A stretch of DNA of 64,000 nucleotides from assembly GCA_964016885.1 (NCBI GenBank), contig OZ024742.1, positions 266,104,001-266,168,000 of the forward strand. Direction: 5' to 3'. Position 1 is the first letter of the stretch; each line of letters begins with the position of its first letter. A program made the position numbers and the translations under genes. Below are positions 12,254 to 23,648 of the stretch, piece after piece. The notes beneath the pieces are model-generated. The model was not told the origin of the DNA. It saw only the letters and a list, made by a program, of their open reading frames with translations, and did no database searches. Source of the stretch: Eledone cirrhosa. Its lineage: Eukaryota.

Positions 12254-14128
12254 GTGGTCAATTTCCTCGACATCACTTTGGATCAACCCTACCATAAACC
12301 AAACCAAAACCTGCATTATATACACTTACAATCTAACCACCCTGGTTCCATACTAAAAAATCTAGTGTACAACATCTCACTCAGATTATCTAAATTATCA
12401 TCTAATGAAGAAATATTCTATAAAAATGCACCTTATTATAATGAGGCTTTAGCGAGAAGTGGCTACAAGGATAAAATATTTTACATACCTAACACCATAA
12501 ATACCTCCAACATACAACCAAACATAAACAACAAACACCAAAAGAAACACCTAAAATTTAATGCCAGCAATAAAGCACCGAAAAACCTAGATCCTAGTAC
12601 CCGCATTAATATGAATTACACAAACTCTCTAAAAATCATCAATCCTAATGCTTCTGAATACTTCTATAACCTACCTAATAATATTACTATCAACCATACG
12701 AAAACACCTAACTCCATTAATCTTAAAAAAGCAGTTAATAATAACATCTTATATCTTAATTCTCACAATAAACCTAATGATATATTACCTATTTCATTGA
12801 ACCTTCAACCTAACCAAACCACATCTTTACAATCGAATAAACCAGAGAAACATATCCAAACTACTATAAATAACAAGAATAATACCAAAACACCAGGTCC
12901 AATCAATAAGGCTCCATTAATAAAACTCCCAATATCATCTATAAATCAAGCAAAAAACAATAAATCAAAAACTAATACAATTCAAAAATCTACGAAACAA
13001 TTTGTTCACACCCCTAATAATAATCACAATATTATAGTATCACCTGATAACAAAATCTATCCTCAAACTTCTATACATACCCAATATAAAAATAGGAAAC
13101 CAATTAGAAATCATAAAAGAAATATAACATGGTATAATGCTCCGTTTAACTTGCAAACTATGGGCCAAATCCCTAAAAAAATGTTTACAATTCTCGATAG
13201 ACATTTCCCACCTAACCACAAATACCATCAAATCTTAAACAGATATACAGTAAAATTTCCTTACTCCACATTGAGCAATATACAACAAAAAATAAGTGCA
13301 TATAACATCTATAAATGTAAAAAAGCTCTATGTATACCTCTAGCACACCACACACAAACTAACTATAATAATACTACAAAGCATAACCAGAATATCATTA
13401 CCTATCCACCAGTTACATCCACTCACTCACCTCACCAACACAATACATCAGCCTACAACCAACTACCATCTTCCTCATCCTTAATAGGAACTAAGAATTA
13501 CATACCCAATCTGACCAATAACTTCCAAAACAACCATGATTCTATAAACACTATATCCCCTATAATTTCACCAATTAACAACCCTTTGAGCCATGACCAC
13601 CCAACCACAAACCCTTCTCTCTCATATAAAAATGTAAATACAAATACTAGCACTGTTATTGGGAATATAGCAAGCACATCTGAAACCCTATGTACAAACG
13701 GTTGTAATTGTAGAGTAAAAAGTAATTGCCCCTTAAATGGAAATTTCTTAATTAATAATATAGTGTATAAATGTCTAATTACCATTAAGGACTCTAATCA
13801 ATCCTATATTGGATCCACATCTAATCTATTTAAATCAAGATTTTATGCACACACCCACAGTTTTCGAAATACAAGATTATCTAATACCGCTTCTCTAGCG
13901 GAAGCAGTTAATAATTGTAAAAAGAAGAAAATTAATTATAACCTAACTTGGAAGATTCTCAAAAGAGCCATTTCTTATCAGGGCAATAGAAAGGAGTGTG
14001 GACTATGTTCCCAAGAAATTTTTGAAATTACTAAATCGAAAGACATTCTATTAAATAAAAGACAAGAATTAATTATCGCATGTAACCATAGAATTAGAAA
14101 GACATTCAAGTATTATAAATACAACTAA
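12254..14128 (+). pseudogene. Penelope-like RT thumb + GIY-YIG endonuclease ORF remnant (624 aa, N-truncated)
   Basis: VNFLDITLD...PYHKPN...YIHLQSNHP, RNITWYNAPF, CNCRVKSNCPLNG, YIGST...FKSRF, CGLC...CNHR. Confidence 0.85.
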
Positions 14129-14890
14129 ACAAATAAAGAAAAAAATATAAAAGAAAATATATATATATAGATATATATATGTGTGTGCATATATATATAT
14201 TTTGCTATTAGAATTAATCCATAGATCCAATCTTATATTTCATCCCTATAACTGTTTTAAATAATTAACTATTAATCAGCACTATATATTACATTATATT
14301 CAACACTCTAACAAAACTTTAACAGACATGCATTTAAACCTATTAAGAAAACCAGATTATTAATGGGATTTCTTATTTGAAAATAAAATTCCTTACAGGT
14401 AAAACTTCATTCTGACCACTCTAACACAATACAATACTTACACAAATTTTATTATTTTCTTACCTATATATTTTTTTATCTAAATTTTACTTGTCTTTAG
14501 TTCCATCTATATTCCTCTACTTGTTCTATTTTTAAAACATATTATTGCTCTTGAACAAAGAAATAACAAATATTTAGGACTGTTCTATACTATTCTACTG
14601 GTTATAACACACTGATATCTGCACCCCTTTTCCTCCAACTTTAATCATCCTTGACCGTCCACACTTTTCTGAAATTTCTATACAATCTGTTTAAATTCAT
14701 TTACACTCGCAACTTTCTTTTCTTAAAGGTCATTCGATACCTCATTCTCTGACTGCTAATTTATTCATCTACTACTACCAGCTTAATGATCTATATTGCC
14801 CCTTCCTATTTTTTACTGTTGGTCAATCTCAACCTTGTTCTTAAAAGGTTACTTATTCATACATGTTTTTATATTCTTCAATAAACAAAA

Positions 14891-15039
14891 CTCATTATTT
14901 CTGAAGATGGCGGGTAGAGAAGACGTATGTATATTTTCTTACTTTGATAATTTGTAATATATTTTACATAGATCACTAATAGAATGAACATACGGAGAAC
15001 TACCCCCCCCCCCCCCAGAAACGATCGTAAAATAATGAG
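14891..15039 (+). ncRNA. Type I hammerhead ribozyme in the Penelope pLTR (expanded stem II)
   Basis: Stem I CTCATTATTT/AAATAATGAG (10 bp), CTGAAGA core, stem II TGGCGGGTAG/CTACCC..CCA, GAAAC-GATC-GTA with palindromic stem III; predicted cut after 15029. Confidence 0.8.
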
Positions 15040-15130
15040 CTTTACTTTGAATTACCCGTATTTTGTTTAATTTCATTGTTTTCACTATTTGTATTATTTT
15101 GACTCTGCTTCCAATGAATTATATCATTGA

Positions 15131-15386
15131 AATTTTGTATTTTAAACTTTGCTTCACGACATCTACATACAGATTACATTGAGTTCTTCATACGACTTGG
15201 ACCCTACCATTAATTGGTGGATTTATCTGTAACCCTTGCAAGCAGGGAAAAAGCGGATGTAAAATGATGATGATCATGATATATACACAGATAAATCCAC
15301 CAATTAATGGTAGGGTCCAAGTCGTATGAAGAACTCAATGTAATCTGTATGTAGATGTCGTGAAGCAAAGTTTAAGATACAAAATT
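15131..15386. repeat. 100-bp inverted repeat with 56-bp spacer
   Basis: 15131-15230 and 15287-15386 are reverse complements (one mismatch seen); the spacer is a (GAT)n SINE/RTE tail fragment. Confidence 0.92.
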
Positions 15387-16223
15387 ATATATATATACAT
15401 ATACATATACATACATATACACACATATACACATACAACTCAGAGTTTCATATGAAACTCTTCACTTGTATGCATTATATTTCAGCTTCCATCAAATAAT
15501 ATTACATATATGTATAGTCAGGTCAGGCTTCTGCCTGCTACTGATACCATGTAACCCAGTATAACCTGCTTCATGATTGAGTGGTCAGTGATTAAAATGG
15601 CTCCCCCACCAGACCCTGGTAAGTGGAACCCCAGCAGTACAAAAACAAGAGCTGTTAAAAGGGCAGACGAATTCCTGAAAGCCATTGGCCATTCACCCAA
15701 ACTATAGGTTAAATACCTGATCAGCTCACAATTGGATAAGCATGGTGAGTACAGCTACACCACTGACTTGACCAAAACCGATCAGAAAGCGGTGGATGTA
15801 AATTAGGAAGGGGTTCATCCAACAAGAGTAAGAAAGCCCTGGATTGGATTGGATATGTATGAAGGTTTTTAGAATAGGTGCACTAAATCCCTATGTAAAA
15901 AGCAACTAAAAAGGTAAGTTTAAGAACGGACATCTAGCTGCAAAACACTAACAGGAATCACATCAATATATTGAGCCACAAAAAAACCCCCAGAAAAACA
16001 GGAGCTCTGATCTCAATACTATAAAGGTATAGTTGTTATCACCCCTTACAGAAGCGACTTGGTCCCAATACTATACTATATAAAGGTGTGGTCAGAAACA
16101 CTGCCTAAAGATCTTGAATTGCCCTCACACACAAAAGACCTACAAGTAGGAAGCAGTATATTGAATTACCTCCCCGGGCCTGAATGGATGTATGAAAAAA
16201 AAAAACAGTATTAACAAACTCAC

Positions 16224-16295
16224 CGGAAAGCTTCGCTGCGAGCTTTGGCATCTAAATCTCTTTTCAGCAGTGATATTTTCCTGGAAGCTCTTTTT
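16224..16295 (-). CDS. TBC1D9: TBC1D8/9-family coding exon (KRASRKISLLKRDLDAKARSEAFR)
   Basis: ttttag acceptor, gtgagt donor; 72 nt; LKRDLDA-A-SE family motif. Confidence 0.93.
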
Positions 16296-16580
16296 CTAAA
16301 ACATTAAATAAACATACATTGTATGAGGATACTTATAAAAAGGCAGTTAAATTATTAATAGTAGCAGTAGTAGTAGTAGTAGTAGTAGTAGTGATGGTGC
16401 TGGTGGTGGTGGTAGCAGCAGAGCGGTATCATCATCATCAGCAGTAGTAGTAGATTAATAATGATTTCTTTATTAACCACAAAAAGTAGAAATCAAGAGT
16501 GCAAGAAAAAATGCCTTGCAATAATTTTGTCCCAGTATGATCTTTGTTAAAATCTTACTGAGATTAACATAACTTTTCAT

Positions 16581-16764
16581 TTGGCAGTATCGGTAGAGGG
16601 TCTGACGTCATTCTTTGCAACATAAAGTTACATCCCTTTATGGTCTGAGTTCAAATCCCGCCAAAGTTAACTTTCCCTTTCATCCTTACAGGGTTGATAG
16701 AAAAAAGTACCAGTAATGCACTGGGATAATTGCTGGACTTGTGCCAAAAGTAGAAACAATTATT
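16581..16764 (+). mobile_element. (ATT)n-tailed tRNA-derived SINE
   Basis: TTGGCAGTATCGGTAGAG...GAGTTCAAATCCCGCC...CTTTCATCCTTACAGGGTTGATAG...GTAGAAACAATTATT. Confidence 0.8.
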
Positions 16765-17923
16765 CTAGGGATCGCTACAATACCTTCCAATTAAGTTCTG
16801 AGGTTCAATTCAATCATCTTCACTTCCACCCTAATGAGTAACCTTGTATTGATGTTAGACATTTAAAAAAATGTTATTGTTATACTTTGGGAGGCTCATA
16901 TACCAGCACACTAGTTAAGTTTCACTTCAGTTTTATTATTAGTTATGTAACTAACCCATTCCTTGATTAGTTTAATAAATGGATATTTATTTGTCATATT
17001 TATTGTCAAAGCTCTTTCATCACACTTTGTGATCTCAATTATTATTCACATTCCTCTGTTTTTTTATCTTATCTTTCTGTAATTTGTATGTGGTCTACAG
17101 TGTGAACCTGTATGTGTATCTTTGTTTGCTACTACTTCCACAAGCTTCTCTGTTTGGCAAGGGGAGAGGGGGTCTGCATGCAGGTGTGTCTTTCTATCTT
17201 GTTTCTCCAAGATTGTGGGAGGGAGGGGGTATTTTTCATTATTACTATATTATTACTCATGTGTATGTCCTCATTTTAGAATAGGTACACTGCATCCCTG
17301 TCTTTTGTAGGACGGAACTAAAAGGGTTAGAATCAAGAAGGACATCTGACAGTAAAACAATGCCTCAAAATGTTTTGCCCAGTCCTATATGGATGGGAGT
17401 ATGTAAAATTGGTGATTAGGAAGCTAATACTTTCATAGATCAGCAGATCTATAGGACATTACATCAGGCTGAATGATTTACAATATCTAGTTATAGTCTC
17501 TGCATTCCAAGTTCAAATACAGACTTTTGTATTTGCCGAGTTGCTTAAATAACTATCAAGCATGCATTGTTGTTGATGCAATTAATTGTAGTCTTTGCCA
17601 ATAGATGTGAACACATTTGGTTATATGAAAAATCATTTCTTGTTTCGCATCTTGTTCTTTGCCTCAATCAAACCTCACTATTTCAATATGAAGAATACTT
17701 TGGTAGACAAACCTTTGTCCAGTCACAACACAATATCTGAAGTAAGACTATATAATCAACTGACCAGCAACAACAGAATGAAGACTATGTGGTCAGTTCT
17801 CCCTCAACAATACAAATACAGCTAAGTAAGACTCTGTGGTCAGCAGCCAAGCAGCTTACACACACGGACATTAAAACAAAATAGTTTACCTTGGAAAATG
17901 AATCATAAAAACCCCCAACTTAC

Positions 17924-17977
17924 TTTGTTCTATGAGTCAACAATTTGTCCTCTTCAAATCCCGCTTCAGACATTAAC
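17924..17977 (-). CDS. TBC1D9: TBC1D8/9-family coding exon (LMSEAGFEEDKLLTHRTK)
   Basis: ttctag acceptor, gtaagt donor; 54 nt, phase 2-2. Confidence 0.85.
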
Positions 17978-19410
17978 CTAGAATTTAGAATGAAATAATT
18001 ACTTTTTGTTTTGTTTTTTTTTTCTTTTTTCCCAATGGTAAACATGGAATCTTATAGAATCAAGAAAGATTGATGTATGAGTATTTCTTAAGGACATGGC
18101 TGTGTGGTTGAGAAGTTCACTTCACAAATATTTGGTTGCTGATTCGACCTTGTGCAAGCAGCTTGTTATAGCCTCAGGCTGACCAAGGCATTGTAAGTGT
18201 AATTTGGTAGACAGAAACTATGTGGAAGTCCATCATGTATGTGTGTGTATGTATATATATATATAGTTAGGGAAACAGAAAACTGCTTATTGTGATCCAG
18301 TTCGTGGTTAGAAAGCCAGTTTCATGGATGGTTTCAACGTACGGTTAGGGGTAACTCCACAAGTTTGTAAGAATTCCGTTCAATCTTGGAGTATAAAGTA
18401 TAAAAGAGAAAACACAGGCAAGCATTAAGAGAAGGATTTAATCCAGGTATTTACAACCGTTTCATTGGTAAGTGCAACCTTATATTGCTATAGTGCAAAT
18501 AGCAGCCACTCAATTATAATTGTTGTTCATATATTATATATATATTATATATATAGGTAAAAAGTAAAAGTGAAAAAGCACAGATGTATATGTAAAGATT
18601 AATTTTTCTTTAATCTGACAGAATTAATAATTTTATAATAGCTATATTAAATGGATTTAAATTCTGTCAAACATTACCAGCTTCAATTGGTATATCAATC
18701 TTATCAAATATTAAACATCTAAAAATGTTTTTCACATATTCTGTGAAGAGTTTGAACATATATCTTTCTATATATATAAAATTCTGTCTGTCTTTTCCTT
18801 ATGCCTTCTCAAATGGTTCGACCAAATCAAATCAAATTTTACAAGGTATTAGACCCCGGGATTAACAACATGTAATTTTCATTTGGATTAAAACAATATA
18901 ACATTTTAACTAAAATAATCTACTATTGTCAACTATAAAGTAAACGGGCATTTTATAACACAACGACGACATCACATTTTGTATGAGCGTGTATGTGTCT
19001 GTGAGTGTGTGTATGTTTGCGCGTTCGTTAGGTATGTTAGGCCTTAGTAAGTTACATACAGACACATCTTCACGTAAATATTTAATCAGATACACAGAGA
19101 ATTAAACACACACATACACATACATATGTGATGACTGACAAGTATATGTGTGTGAGTGTATGTGAGAGTGTATGTGTGTGAGTGTATGTGAGAGTGTATG
19201 TGTGTGTGAGTGCACATACATTTCTGTGACGATTGATATAACGAAACGCTGTGGGTGAAACTGTGTGTTTGTCTGAATGTATGTGCATGTGTTTTATTTA
19301 AGTTTGTGTGAGTGTATATATGTCTCTTCGTTTATATTTATATTCTCATACCGAAGCAATTGTATTATGCCAATAACATTTGTACATATGCGAAAAGCTG
19401 ATAAAAGCAG

Positions 19411-19900
19411 GTGAAATACAGGAAGCGATGTCTGACTGCACAAGAGGGACGTTATAGACAACTTCAGGCCCATAACTCTGCTAATGCAGAGCTCAAGATT
19501 TTGGCCAAGGTGTTAGCAACGAGATTGGGGCTTGACGTTGGTGATATGGTGGGAGAGACGCAGACATGCGCCATTCCACCTCATGCAATACATCATAGAG
19601 AGGGTGGTTAAGGAATCTGGCACGGGTGGGGTCCTGATCAACTTGGATAAATCTAAAGCATTTGATAGGGTCAACCATCGGTACCTGGCAGTGTCCTTGA
19701 GGTGGCCGGCTTTGGGCCCGTTTTCTGGGGTTGGTACACTGCGATGCACAGTGATATCAGCTCAGTTATGAGGGTGAACGGTCACCTGTCACAGCCATTC
19801 AGTATCAGGCGTTCGGTCCGCCAGAGTTGTCCCCCTCGTCCATCTTGTACATATTGGCCCTCGAGCCGTTACTGCACAAATTAGAGGCAATGAGGAGCGT
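19411..19900 (+). mobile_element. Tx1/L1-like LINE reverse transcriptase fragment (frameshifted)
   Basis: NFRPITLLNAELKILAKVLA, LINLDKSKAFDRVNHRYL, RSVRQSCP, LYILALEPLL in broken frames. Confidence 0.75.
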
Positions 19901-20564
19901 CCCACGCGAACTGGGATGTGTGAGATCCGTATCGGCTTATGTGCTTGGAAGCTGGAATGTCTCCAAGTGTTCACCACCTTCTACCAGCTGAGCACTAGTA
20001 TTGGTGGAACATCCACCTCAGCGTTCTATAGGAAGGGCATCCAGCTATAGAATGCTACCTCAAAAAAAAAATCTTATTCCAACACATGCCAACATAGATA
20101 AATAGATATAAAAACCATGGTGATGATGATGGTGGCAGAATAATTTGATGAAAAAGTCTGTCAATATTAAGTATTAAAAACAAAGGCTTGTAGCACATAT
20201 TAGCCTTCAATTACAAACTTCCAAATTTAAGGAAAACTAAAAGATTAAAATAAATGAAAAACATTTAATAGATATAATGAATAGTTAAATTATTCATCAT
20301 CATTATATGGCCACTCTTCCATAATGGCATAGGTTTGATGAGACTCTTTGAGGCAATATTTTATGTCCAGGTGCATCTTCTGATGCTAAACCAATGCATT
20401 GATGAATACTCTTATGCAGAGAATAGGGAAGGGAAATTAGTGATGATCTGTGTTGGTAAAATATAGACACACAAACAAACATGTATATAAAGACACATGC
20501 TCATTTACAAAGATACATAGATGAAGAGAGAGTTAGAAGGTAATTAGAAAGTGTCAATACTTAC

Positions 20565-20641
20565 TGTTTCATTGCCATATTAGTTAGCTGCTCCATCAGC
20601 CTGAAGGTTTCGGAACTGTGTAACAACATTGAGAAGTAATG
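20565..20641 (-). CDS. TBC1D9: TBC1D8/9-family coding exon (HYFSMLLHSSETFRLMEQLTNMAMKQ)
   Basis: ttgcag acceptor, gtaagt donor; 77 nt; ETF-LMEQL-N-AM motif; follows a 31,026-bp intron. Confidence 0.93.
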
Positions 20642-21311
20642 CTGCAATAAAAAATTTTAAAATTAGCTTTTATATATATATATATGTATATATGTATAAT
20701 GATATAACATTCATTTTCCTGCTAGCAAGGGATGTATGCTTTATTACAGACTGGGTCAGTACTCAAGCATAGCTACTGAACCTTCAGACAGGCTGGGGCC
20801 TTACATCTCACATTAGCACACTCTACCAAATGCATTTTAGCATGGCACAAGCATTAGAGAGGTTGCCATGTCTTTGATACAGTTGACATGTCTTTCTGAT
20901 TATTTGGCAGGTTTTCCATGGCTGAATACACTTCCTAACACATACTGTCATACCACTTACATGTATAGCTATGTGTGCATGTGTGTTTGTACATGTGTGT
21001 GTGGGTGGATGTGCATGCATGTGAAGAGAATAAACATTGTGTAGCCACATGTCTAATTGTATGTATACAGATCTTTAACGTCTATCTTCCATGGTAGCAT
21101 GGGTTAGACAGGTTTGTCCCATATAGAGATATAGAGGCAAGTTGGGCCGGGTGACCAAGTCTTGCTCATATTGGACTGTTTCTGGCTGGCTTTCTACGGC
21201 TGGATACCCTTCTTAGCGGCAACCACATTTATAGTGTATGCTGGGTGCTTTTTGCTGTCTTTTACATGACCACTTTAGAATGTGGGCTGCATGTTTTATG
21301 GTAGCAACATA

Positions 21312-21540
21312 ACATATATATATATATATATATATAGTAAATATATATATATATATGGTATATATATATATATGGCTTATATATATATATATATATGGTA
21401 TATATATATGGCATATATATATATATATATATGGTATATATATATATGGCATATATATATATATGGTATATATATATGGCATATATATATGGTATATATA
21501 TATATATATATTTACTATATATATATACCATATATATATA

Positions 21541-21611
<71 letters not shown>

Positions 21612-21697
21612 TAGATATATATATGGTATATATATATATATGGTATATATATATATGGTATATATATATATGGTGTATATATGGTGTAGATATATGG
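21312..21697. repeat. (TA)n array interrupted by GG/CC units
   Basis: TATGGTATA / TATGGCATA units with an internal inverted segment. Confidence 0.9.
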
Positions 21698-22075
21698 TGA
21701 CACACGACCGTGACTTCTGGCGTCACGCAGTAATACAGGGTACCCGACCTCCCATGGGTACATGCTGAAGCATATAAACAATATGCCCCCCCCCCCCCCC
21801 CACCGCAAGGTGGTCGTGGAGGTGCCACGGCAAAAAAGCACCCAGCCCACACTGTAAAGTGGACGTGTAGGCGCCACGAAAAAGCACCCAGCACTCACTG
21901 TAAATGAGGTTGGTGTTAGGAAGGGCATCCAGCTGTAGAAATCAAGCCAGATCAGTTCCTGTATGAGCAAGGCATGGTCAGCCGACCAGACACTGCCCAC
22001 AACAGGACAACCCGTCTAACCCATGCTAGCGTGGAAGAACGGACGTAAAACGGTGATGATGATGATGATGATGAT
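21698..22075 (+). mobile_element. RTE LINE family B, 3' fragment with (GAT)n tail
   Basis: Near-identical to 47490-47865. Confidence 0.92.
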
Positions 22076-22088
22076 ATGGTATATATAT

Positions 22089-22579
22089 ATAAACTCCGAC
22101 CTCACACACTTACACCTCTCCAAGACAATGTCACTGGACCGAGACCTTTGGCGGTACTCAGTAACAGAGAAGACCCGCCTTACCTAAATACATAGTAAAA
22201 CCTACTACAGCCAGTAGGCATCTAACAAAATACCCCACCCCACCACCCCACCCCCGTCCCACCACCCCCAACCCATCCACGCCACCCCGTTCTATGTAAA
22301 GTTGTGTTGGTGCCACACCATCCAGGCCAAAACAAATGAGATTGTGTAGGTGTCACGACAAAAAAACACACAGTCCACGCTGTAATGTGGCCGTGTAGGC
22401 AACACGGTAAAAACCTCCCAGACCCACACTGTAAATGTGATTGGTGTTAGGAAGGGCATCCAACTGTAGAAAACCTGCCAGACAGTCCTATGCGAGCAAG
22501 ACAATCACTCTTGCCTCAAGTGGGACTACACCCGTCCAAACCCATGCAAGCGTGGAACACGGACGTTAAACGGTGATGA
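22089..22579 (+). mobile_element. RTE LINE family A, 3' fragment
   Basis: Matches the ORF end and 3'UTR of 23648-27736; short GATGA tail. Confidence 0.92.
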
Positions 22580-22767
22580 CAACCTTTTGATTGGCGGTAC
22601 TCAGTAATAGAGAAGACCCGCTTTACCTAAATACAAAGTAAAACCTACTACAGTCAGTAGGCATCTCTAACAAAATACACCCCCGTCCCACCACCTCCAC
22701 CCCATCCACACCGCCCCTTTCAATGTAAAGTTATGTTGGTCCCACAACATCCAGGCCAAAACAAATG
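22580..22767 (+). mobile_element. Truncated SINE/RTE-A chimera fragment
   Basis: Begins ACAACCTTTTGA|TTGGCGGTACTCAG, the same junction as 28093-28115. Confidence 0.8.
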
Positions 22768-22801
22768 TTTATATAGATATGTTTATATATATATATATGT
22801 G

Positions 22802-23002
22802 TCATCATCATCATCATCGTTTAACGTCCGTGTTCCACGCTTGCATGGGCTTGGACGGGGGTTTTCCCACTTGAGGCAAGAGTGATTATCTTGCTCGCAT
22901 AGGACTATCTGGCAGGTTTTCTGCAGCTGGATGCCCTTCCTAACACCAACCACATTTACAGTGTGGGGCTGGGAGGTTTTTACCGTGTTGCCTACACGGC
23001 CA
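22802..23002 (-). mobile_element. RTE family A, 200-bp 3' end
   Basis: (ATC)n tail on the + strand followed by the reverse complement of the family A 3'UTR. Confidence 0.9.
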
Positions 23003-23596
23003 TATATATATATATATATCATATATATATATATATATATATATCATATATATATATATATATCATATATATATCATATATATATATATATATATCATAT
23101 ATATATATATATATCATATATATATATATATATATATATCATATATATATATATATATATCATATATATATATATATATATCATATATATATATATATAT
23201 ATATCATATATATATATATATATATCATATATATATATATCATATATATATATATATATATCATATATATATATATATATCATATATATATATATATATA
23301 TCATATATATATATATATATATCATATATATATATATATATATATATCATATATATATATATCATATATATACCATATATATATATATCATATATATATA
23401 TATATATATATATCATATATATATATATCATATATATACCATATATATATATATCATATATATATATATATATATATATATCATATATATATATATCATA
23501 TATATATATATATATATCATATATATATATATCATATATATATATATATATCATATATATATATATATATATCATATATATATATATATATATATA

Positions 23597-23647
<51 letters not shown>
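23003..23647. repeat. (TA)n array interrupted by ATC units
   Basis: TATCATAT units every ~12-24 nt; reads GAT(AT)n on the minus strand. Confidence 0.92.

Positions 23648-23648
<1 letters not shown>

Larger units (their letters stand above)
11842..15230 (+). mobile_element. 5'-truncated Penelope-like element (Naiad-like GIY-YIG) with inverted pseudo-LTR
   Basis: 11842-12112 is the reverse complement of about 14795-15097; the coding part starts at a degenerate RT motif (GLYRND); C-terminal CNCxxxxxCPL zinc motif and GIY-YIG (IVYKC...YIGST); hammerheads in the pLTRs. Confidence 0.88.

Noticed and set aside
12254-14128. Possible selenoprotein-coding Naiad (UGA-Sec plus SECIS)
   Set aside because: Cys positions visible in both PLE fragments are ordinary Cys codons (one is Phe); no in-frame TGA; no SECIS recognisable by eye.
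18270-18475. Half hammerhead (minus GAAACGGTTGTA) in a possible PLE pLTR remnant
   Set aside because: No CTGANGA half or stem I found; cannot support a ribozyme call.
18762-18955. Helitron-like start (TCTATATATATAAAATTCTGTCTGTC)
   Set aside because: No convincing 3' hairpin plus CTRR end and no second copy in the window.
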